Below, in pieces: positions 54,801 through 64,000 of a stretch of 64,000 bases of DNA. Positions within the stretch are counted from its first letter, which is position 1; each line of letters starts with the position of its first letter. A model generated the notes under the pieces. That model did no database searches. It saw only the letters and a program-made list of their open reading frames with translations, and was not told where the DNA came from. Position numbers and translations under genes: made by a program. The DNA is from Balanoglossus misakiensis (taxonomy: Eukaryota > Animalia > Hemichordata), in NCBI GenBank assembly GCA_040954595.2, contig CM082579.2:62001-126000 (forward strand), in the 5' to 3' direction.

Positions 54801-57800
54801 GCCACAGTGATTGTATTTGAGGCACACAGATCTCCAGATATATCAGTGCATTGTTCAATTTACCACTAATAACTGTGTTGCACATTATCACTGAACCAAA
54901 AGTGAAATCCTAGTCATGGCAACATCCTTCAATTGCATAGAGAGATTACAGCAAGGCTTTGGTTTATCAGTGTTAGCACACCTTACATGGGAACAGAGAT
55001 TAAATTCTCCTTTACTCCAAGTCAGTAATAACTGGCAACTTTGCAAAATGCTACCTTGATGATATCACCATGGTAACACCTTGGTGTTGCACGGTGCAGT
55101 AGAGAAGACTGTGCTACTCTTAATACCATGACATTTCCAATGTTGCACTGAGTAGATGATAAGTCACATAAGCACAAGCTGTGTAGCCATGAGCGGAGTT
55201 AAAGTATCAATTATACAAAGCTGTCAATCATATGCTGATGTATGAAATGTGATTACAGTATGTTAGTGCAATGAATATCTGCCAGAACTGAGAGCATTTT
55301 TAAATCCAACTTTCCGCAAAGTATTTTACTTTAGTATGTTCAAGTCACATTGTTACCATGCCTTTATCTAACAAAACAGTTTATAAAAGGAAATCTGTGA
55401 AATTTTTAAAATGACTTTCTTCATTTCATAACACCCTCTTCTCCAATGAAGAGGTCACATATAGACTAGTCCAACAGCTGGTGACATAACCACTCTATGA
55501 TGAAAAATATCATCTGTTAGCTACTGAATACAAAACTACAGATGTGATATACGGCACATTTAAATACAAAAGAATATTTGTAATAATACAATAAAGGCCC
55601 TTATATTGTTTTTCACATCCAACATTATGATCTGATCATGTTTCATCACACATGAAAGAAGACTAACAAATATTGGAAATACATCAAGTTAACCTGTGGG
55701 GACAAGTTCGCGTACTAAGAAATGTGATCTTTGGCCAATTGCTGAAGTAAAGGTCACATGACTACAGCTATATCTTTGTGGGATACCAAGAGGAACTGCA
55801 ATAATTGGTCAGGAAGGCCTGGTAACACTGTATATGTAACAATGCAGGGTTTAATACCATAATTGATCAGGAAGGCCTGGTAACATGATTTGCAACATTC
55901 ACTGCACAATCACTCTCTTCAGCAGAAAAAGTGTCAACTGTTGGTGACCTATCCAGCACATTAGACAATAAGTTTAGGTTTTGTTCTCACATGTGACTTT
56001 GATAGTATGTCAATGGGTCAGAAAACTTTTATCAAACCAATTGTAAGTATTTTAATCATGAAATGACTCATCTCCACTGAATGACAGAGCTATCAAGATG
56101 TCTAGTTACCTATTGTCATGTGACAGAGATAGTGTGTTTCTGCATAGTACATGTATGTGCATCACGACTGTCTGATGTCAAAGGCAACTTTCAATACACA
56201 ATATAAATACAACATTTCTTAATCCCCCCACATTTTCCCAGAGGACAGAAAAACTAACATACAATACATTTGATAAATGCCACCACACAGACATAATTTG
56301 TCTTCCATCTTGTGCTGTAATGGTGTCCACAAAGAATATGATAATTCAATAAACTGGAATGGACATGTGTGCTCGTAACTTGCACAAAGTAATATACACA
56401 TGAACTGGCTGAGTTTATTGGTGAGAGCAAATAAAATTGCTTGCCAGTAAAATAATTGAAACTGCCAATACTAAAAGTAAAGGTCCCATGAGACTGATGT
56501 AATTTTGTCAGATAACTCAACTTTTTTATCACCAGCAGTAAAATCTCTGAATGGAAAGTAAATGCATTATGAATGTACTTGCAAGAGTTCTCCAGCGAAT
56601 TAAGTTTGTGTATGTTTCTGCCAATTGAATTACTGCAATTAAATTCTCCACCTTAAGCTAATTCCCTGTGCACAAATTATTCTCCATTTAAAAAGGATAT
56701 TGACAATTGAAATAGTACAGAACTTATGGTACTTAAAGCAGTTCTATTTTGGTGGCTTTTATTATATATTAAGTAGACATAAAGATATATTTTGAATGTG
56801 GGTAGAAGCATGGTTAAAATACATGACAATTTCCATAGAAATCAAGAAATCATTTTATTGGTATATAACTTGACAAAGAATAAATATAATTTAAATCACT
56901 CCCCCTCCCTCCCTCACCAATATACTCACCCACAATGTATAGCACTACAGAAACAAGTAGATGAATAAATCCACATTCCAAATCTATCGGAACGTACTGC
57001 AAAGAGTCACTTTACTACCAGGTAATAAATATTATCTCACACTGAGAGTACTCTGTCCTACTTCATAGTTAAACCTTTCTTTCTCATTCTTCATTGGATG
57101 AATACCCACAGAGAAACCCTCAGATACATGTTACACAGAGTGGTTCCCTCTAAAGAATATTGTTCGGATGTACACTGAATGCCAGAAACAGGGATATCCT
57201 ATGCCCTCAGGGTTTCAGAGTGATATTTATCAAATTTAAATCTCTCTTTGACAGAGTCTGCTGAAAGCTTTCTTTTCATGACTTAGCTACGAAAACATTA
57301 AAAGATTAACAGAAACTCGGTAATCAGACCTGTTTGCCAGCAGAGCATCAAAATGCAACTCAGAATACATTAATTCAAAAAATTGTACTGGCTTTATTCT
57401 CTCTTCACTACAAAAGGAACTATAACTACAGCAACCACACCCACCCCTTGTTCTCTTGACGTCATTTGATCAAATATATGAAAACAATGGGGTTGAGAAG
57501 TTGCAGGAGTTTACGTTGAAAAATAATTCAAGTGATCAAGCTGTTTGGATCATACAAAACAAGTAGCAAGGGATGTTGATGGCAAGATCACCACCCAATG
57601 TAGGTCTCAAAACGGAATTGGGAAGCACTGTCACAGCAACTCCCCACATTACATTAGTTATTATAATTGTTCAGCTTAGAGATGCGGGCAGTTACAATAT
57701 ATCTCAACTGTCGCTTAGCTTTAGGTATCATAGATGGTGTTGGGAGATGGTTGCTGTGGAAACTGTAATGGTGGAAATGATATGTGGTTGTCAAGCGGGG

Positions 57801-60800
57801 CTTGTTTTTCATCAGAATTATCTCTTGGGTGAGAAAGGAAACTGCTTTCTGAATATGCATGATTGATGAGGGTTCACAATTTCTACAGTGTTTAAAAGTG
57901 AATACACCAGGACATCATATGTTGATCCAGAGACATTTAGATGCAATCTGCGATCATCATCTTTCATTTTTGAGTAGCAAGGCCATGACATTACAAAGAT
58001 ATGATTGAACATTTCAAGGAAACGTTTAAAATGAGATCATTATCTGAGAATGCTCTCTCTCTTTTCTGCGTATTCACCAATATTAAAATTGCCAATACCT
58101 ATCCTTTATTCTCTTCTTCCAACAGAGACAAATCTGAATTTTTCCTCTTTTCCTGAACTCACAATTGTTTACTGCTTCAATCATTGATTGTGGCATGGCT
58201 ATTTACTGCAGTTTGTAGCCTGAGGCATTCTCTGAGAAAGCTTGCCAGTAATTCACTGGCCTTTCAAACCTTACTTTGCTATATCGATTGTGATAGAAAC
58301 TTTCATATCAAAGGTTCAATTTTTGAATGGAATTATTCCACAGGAGCTTTTTGTTAAAATATTTCTAATCACATAAAAACTGGATCGATGCACAATACAA
58401 TACAGGATTAACAATGCACGTCACAGACATTAATCTTGGGAAATTCATTTTTTATCCACATATATTTACACAACAAGACACAAACAAAACAAAAAAGACA
58501 GACAGACAGACAGACAGACAGACAGGATGAATTCCTATAGATGGAAAGATCTCAACAGACACAAACACTGAATAAACACACACACAAAGCTTTCATTTCT
58601 ATTTGCCAAAAGTAAATCAACTAAATGTTTCACTATCTCTGCATTTCACAACCTCATGGATAGCTCTCTGAATTTTTTTCAGATATTTAATTTAATGATA
58701 CAGTCATCTATATGTGTGTTTATGATTATTGATTTTAAAATATATGAATTGATTTACATGTAACCTTTATCTTAATCATACTGTAATATTAGATAAGTAA
58801 GGGCCATGAACACGACTTCTTAGAATTAATTACTATTCCATGGTCCTCACAAGTGTGATGTACTGGTATGTCTGTTTTCTTCTCATTCCTGGTATAGAAA
58901 CTGTATTCTTTCCTTCCATTGTAAGATGCATAATCACCTGATGTGGTTGACTACAGCAGAATGGAAGCATTTTTTATAAATGTCTCAACCTAAGCTACTG
59001 AACTCAACTGGTGAATCTCTGATCCATTCACTACCAATATGATTTCTACATGTTCATTGTCACATTAATTACCTACTTTGACTTTGAAAGCATGAGGGTA
59101 ATTTTTCAGATGAACCCAGGCCAAAAGGAAATTAAAAGAGAGATAATACAATTTTAATGTTTTCACTGATGGAATTACATTGGATTGTTCTCATAGCTGC
59201 TACTAAGCTATGACCTACAGCCTACATAAACACAAAATTAAAACCAACATCCTTGGGATCCATGAAATAAACAAATGTATTGTTGCCATTTGGTAAAAAT
59301 GTGTAGTCATACATCATATTGTTGCTTATTTGTGTAGTTCAGTCAGTTCCCTAAAATCGCAGATGGCTTTAGCATGGAGTGCAGGGCAGAATGTATTTCT
59401 TATTTCTGTAAAACTTTGGAAGAGGAGATTCAAAATCATTTCATGTGAGACAGTTGGATTGTAATTCAAGCCAAAGAGAGCAAGAGTTTGTGCAGTTCAT
59501 GTATAGAAAAAAAAATTGTTTACTGATTTTTATTTCACCATAGCATGATGTTTTAGCAGTAACTGTTTCATCGTATATATATTTTTTGAAATCACTTAGT
59601 CACCACAGAATCTTCTGTTGAATGTGAAATGCCATGGCACGCCACAAAGCTGTCAGTAGACTGGTTCCTTAAGCCATGTTCACAGATCCATAATTCATGA
59701 TGGTGATTTGATTAGGTTAGCTTAGCTGGAAAAGAATTGCCTAGCACCAAATCTGCATTTATGATGTTCTCCAAGATGTGTCTGATAAGGCAAAAACAAC
59801 ATTTTGCATTTTACCCTAGAAACATCACGGCATACACAACTCGGTGAAAATTCTCATAATTTTGCCACAGCTTTGATTTAAAAATTGCACTTTCAAACCA
59901 TTTACAATTTCAAGAAAAATCTGGATTATTTCCATTTACAGTCTGATATAAATCCTAAAAGTGATCTTTTACTCTTCCATGCCACAGGCAAATATTTGTA
60001 AAAAAAGATCTAATGTAACATGCAACGATGGCAGATTTCAGCTAAATGCACTCACGACTGCTCCAGGCCAAAGTAATACAACTAAATGAGTAGATATCAA
60101 ATGTTATTAGGTGTCCTGTCTGAGCAATCAGTACAGGCGTTAATAAATTTTGCTGTCCCATCTGTATGCTAAATTGGTTGTGTCAATGCTATTAGGTCTT
60201 TGAAGGGTATGTTATAGTTTATACCCAGCGCTGTCCAGCATTCTCCAATCTACAGCAGACATTTCCTGATTTTGTAACGTCAGTGCTGTATAAATAAATT
60301 GCATATGACATGTGCAGTGACCCATTTGGTGTACTGGTGGACTGCATAGCGCCATCTATAACCATACATGGTAACCCTTTTGTTTTTATGATCTACCAAG
60401 TGCTCTGCTCACATATTCCACTGTGTGCCTATGCAAAAGGTTGATAACAGATTCATACCAGCAGATGCTAAGAGCATGAAATATATAGTCATAACTGAAA
60501 GAAGTAATATATACAGTGTACAACTATCGCAACAAAATATTTGGATGAGTAAGACCTGGTAAAATACACAACACTAAACTAGAATATCACAGAGAACAGA
60601 AAAACAGAAAGATGGTAACACTACATATGTCATTGGCAAGCACATATGACACACACACACAACAAACATCCGACTGATGTCCTACCTGTAATCATTTTCC
60701 GTAACCATGGATCCAAGTTAACAGTGCAGGGTAACAGCTTTCTCATGTCTCCAACTCTGAGTATTGGAAAGCCTTTGGTGAGATAGACATGAAACCCACG

Positions 60801-63800
60801 TACATCAGCATCAATTTCTAACAATGGTTCTATATCTTTAGTAGGGGGGATTTTATCTGCAACTCTGTAACATATGCAAAAATAAATAAAAATGTACATG
60901 TCACATCATACTTGGATGTCATACAAATGTAACTGATTTGACATTGAACTATTTGTCACTCACTTTTCATAGATACTTTTGAGAGATTGATGATCTTCCA
61001 GAGTATTTTCATGCTCTTCAAAATAATAAATAAGCCACGATGTTCTGTAAGGCCACTGTTCTGTCATGTTGATCCAGGCAGCCAAAGTGTGCCAGCTGAA
61101 CTCTATATTGTGTGCTCTAAGGAGTCGGCCTGAAATAAAAATCAAGTTAATCTTTGTGATTGTGTACAATATGTTAAATAATATGTCTCTGCAATGATTA
61201 TACTTTGCAGAAGGATTTTATCTGCTTCAACTTTAAACTTTCAGAATTTATCACGCAGGACATGCTTCAAGAATTCTAACTGCACTTTGGTGAATGCAAC
61301 ACACAGAGTGAAAGTTGATTCAGAAGGAAGATGAGTCCCAGCCACCAAGCCACCCAATGGTGAATGTCTCACAAAAGTGAAAATGATCAAACATACACAC
61401 CTGTAATAGACACAATATTAAGCAATCTTCTCATTCCCCTTGGATTCAGGTCAACAAACTGCTCACTCTTGGCCAAAATCTTGGTCAAGTCAAACATGGT
61501 TGAGACCTGACGACTGTATGTTCTTTCCTTGAGGAGTTTCCGAGCTGTTTCAGTCCTCACTTGTTGTCGATTATGTACTGAGGTGAGTGATGAATGCCTG
61601 GATGTAGCTCTAGATAAAGGTCTGTTTGCATCTACTGTTGTTCCTACAACCTGCAAAGATAAAAAAATGATAATCTTTGTCATGACTACGTTCAAACACA
61701 TGACCACAAAAAATTCAGAAATATCAATCCACTGTAAAGGTGCAGAAGTCATGATCAATACAGTTACATGTACAAAGCTTGTCACCTTTTACTAACTTTT
61801 TTCATGAATTTATCTTTGTTAATAATACAAAGTTATTTGTCGTGTTTGGCTTCTGGACACATGCTGACACTTCAGATGACCGTAAATCATTTCCATCCTC
61901 CATCTGAATGATGGAATGATTTTGGGATTATAGGTAAATCCCACAAGAGGAAATCATCACAGTAGAAACAAAGCTAGGTTCAGAAATAATGATGACTGGA
62001 GTAGGCCTATACCAGAAATTCACGCATGATCCAAATTTCTATTCAACATGTGTATGATTATGTTAACACTGATATAACCATTCTTTCAAATAAAGAAGGA
62101 GTCAAGTTCTTCCAATGACAAAACATCCGTACCTCTCCAACATGGTTGCCAATCATTGCAGGAGAATGATCTTCAAAGTCATCATCTTCTTCCATTTTAC
62201 GTACACCACTTTCAAGATAGAATGGTAACTGTACTATATTTTTCAAGTAGTCATATCCGCTTATGTTGGAGTCTCTAAAGACACTGTCAAAATTTATCTC
62301 TATGGCCTTAATAATGATATGTGGATCAATAGCAAGGACAGTTATGAATGGACTCTGGTATCCTGAAAACAGAATATTTACTGTCTCCAAAACTTGCAGG
62401 ACTTTGGCTTGCTCGCAGCTGTCCAGCCCATCAACAATGACCACCAGCCTTGTCTGCATTTTGGCAAAAGCATCAATGCACTTCACCATCTCACCCATGA
62501 GTTCCACTTCACGTTTTAACACACGCATAAAGCCTTCAAGACGCAACTGGTTAAGATTCTTGGCTGCCTTGAGGACTCGCTTCTTTTGAGATCTGACCAG
62601 AGAATACAAGATCTGACCCAGCGTCTTGATATTGGTGAGTAACACAATGCCAACTACTGACAGTAATCCTATGAGTACACCATTGATGACATGGTTATCA
62701 TTGATGCCTTTGTTTATTCCAATGAGAATAAGACCAGTAATTATACATAGGATAACAGTCAACACTACAATAAATACTGGTAGGCAGCATATTCTTCGGA
62801 AATATCCTGTATGAACACCTAAAAAATGAAGATATCCTGTATTATTACCAGGAAAACAGAAATCTCCTGTTTGATTATTGCATGCCAAAAAGGACAAAAA
62901 CAGTGACATATACTGCATTCTGGAAATGTATTGGGCAATTCTCTCTGTCTTTCTCCCTCCCTCCCTCCCCCCTCTCACCTTGCTCAGCTTTACTTTTGAA
63001 AACCCTGTACAGCCTGGTTACCAGGAAACCAAATTCATCCTCTGTAGCATCACATAGAGCACCTATCATCCTAGCCAATGAGACCTCTCCACCAACACTG
63101 GTCAGCCTGCTATAGTCTGTAAATAAAAATCTTTAAAAAAAACACAAGAAAGTCTTCATATATATGGACATGTGTTCATTTGCAAGGGTTAAAATACAAT
63201 ATGATAATTATTGTTTAAGCAGTGAATTTAGTCTTACCGTATTGGCAGTGCACGAGTTGTGCTTGAAGGCAGTGTTGGGGGGTTGCAAAAACACACTTTA
63301 AGCAGCAAGGCTAAGTAACCTAACTGTTTGGCCAGGATGGTGCTAAAAGATCGTAGTGTCCTCCATTGTCTCTTCTTGGATGCAAAATGTAAAATAACTG
63401 CCAGTACAGGAAAACAGAGAAAGGGAATGGGTTATTTCTAACACTTTTACCCCTTGGCAGACATTTATGTATATTGTGGACTGATCAACAGTCCGGGTAT
63501 GGTAAACCCTTTTATTTTCCTTTTTGCAGGAAGCAGACTGATCAGCTACATACATAAACAAGGTAGATGAACTAATTCCATAGTTACTGTATTTCTCCAC
63601 AGTAAATGCCCATATAGCTAGCTACAAGGTTCAGTAGAGCACTTACCAAGCAACAACAGCAATATGGCAGCTGAAGTGATACCAAGGGCTACTCCTAATA
63701 CGTAACCTACAGTGAGTCCCAAAGTGAGACCAACAATGATACCAAATAAGATTGCAATAATGGCTGATAACCAGGAGAATCTGTACAATGGTTCTACATC

Positions 63801-63826
63801 TTGCTCTGCAAAAAGTCTCATCTCAT
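33859..63826 (-). CDS. KIDINS220: Kinase D-interacting substrate of 220 kDa (KIDINS220/ARMS), 3' portion: TM region, KAP P-loop NTPase, SAM-like domain and long disordered tail
   Basis: Exons 63826-63647, 63397-63238, 63130-62979, 62818-62133, 61650-61401, 61129-60964, 60864-60686, 36871-36669, 36351-33859, in phase. Motifs RFLFTDYSRLTSVGGE, QTRLVVIVDGLDSCEQAKVLQVL, GYDYLKNIVQLPFYL, NPRGMRRLLNIVSITGRLLR, WINMTEQWPYRTSW, LPCTVNLDP and [29 protein letters not shown]. The ankyrin repeats lie beyond the right edge. Confidence 0.95.
48251..49219 (-). CDS. Solitary non-LTR retrotransposon ORF1-like protein (coiled coil + L1-type RRM) preceded by a 2A-like peptide, nested in a KIDINS220 intron
   Basis: Uninterrupted 322-aa ORF: LLLILLCAGDVEQNPGP, then a heptad-rich segment, then SRCNNIRIFGIEED, IECVYRVGK and RAVIVKFHSWKDK, as in Transposase_22/L1-ORF1-type RRMs. 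No endonuclease or RT ORF is seen downstream. Confidence 0.75.
   Translation of the reverse strand: MSQVDIQSIGAEMLHKQYLSLRLTDPAGGFSSDWRTMTSLVFDHEENNSCVIQVRQIFYQRAGYDSVLVFGNLMTSLMLFIDNKHNLCLVMALLLILLCAGDVEQNPGPFKSKHKKSASAEELNSLSMNMSKVLEMVQSSKENIIELSSRLESQQTEIGQFQDIQKTLEEEVYQLKKENAELKKMVNGQSEVLDSLSRCNNIRIFGIEEDHQEDEPKVGSILSHHLGMVIGPKTIECVYRVGKPKDGYTRAVIVKFHSWKDKMFVLHNKLRFRDTQYFVVDDMNNKYGELKKLPQARRNRPPSWAKGIYQFSTYTNYFTLLH
48893..48919 (-). other. 2A-like ribosomal skipping (StopGo) motif GDVEQNPG|P
   Basis: Exact match to the D(V/I)ExNPGP consensus at residues 101-109 of the ORF, with an upstream hydrophobic tract. Confidence 0.8.
51129..51221 (+). repeat. (ATGA)n microsatellite, ~23 units
   Basis: Perfect tetranucleotide run. 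Confidence 0.97.
58497..58524 (+). repeat. (GACA)7 microsatellite
   Basis: Perfect tetranucleotide run. Confidence 0.9.
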
Positions 63827-64000
63827 CTGTCAAAGAAGAAAAAAAGTTACAATGAAAAGTGGCAACATATTAAAAGTGTTAATCTTAAAAGCAAAACAGC
63901 TGTCTTAAATCTTCTGTCTGTCTGTTTCTCTATCTGCATTCTCTCTTCTTGGTTCCCTCCCTCTTTGTTACATACATAACACATACAGACATGCATGCAT

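Noticed and set aside
56930-56996. Candidate cassette exon of KIDINS220 (cag...GTGAGT)
   Set aside because: 67 nt, not frame-preserving, and no homology.
36872-60685. Conserved bilaterian miRNAs, tRNAs or snoRNAs in the large intron
   Set aside because: None recognised by eye; an Infernal/Rfam scan would be needed to exclude them.

Overview
Eukaryotic, intron-rich, AT-rich animal DNA, most likely an invertebrate deuterostome such as a hemichordate (inference from protein similarity and repeat content). Five host genes can be rebuilt exon by exon: the 5' part of a Ptc2/3-type PP2C phosphatase (-, runs off the left edge), FAM114A2 (+), FANCB (-), MOSPD2 (-) and the 3' half of KIDINS220 (-, runs off the right edge). 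The most unusual signal lies in a 23.8-kb KIDINS220 intron: an intact, solitary 322-aa ORF with a 2A/StopGo-like motif (GDVEQNPG|P) followed by a LINE ORF1-like coiled-coil + RRM protein and no visible ORF2, a candidate domesticated retrotransposon gene. Other points: a U12-type intron in the PP2C gene, a GC-AG intron in MOSPD2, FANCB-MOSPD2 microsynteny with changed orientation, a perfect 121-bp inverted repeat, Crypton-like palindromes, and Kolobok-, piggyBac- and Helentron-type non-autonomous elements. Homologies were recognised from memory of the protein families and coordinates were read by eye; no searches were run.
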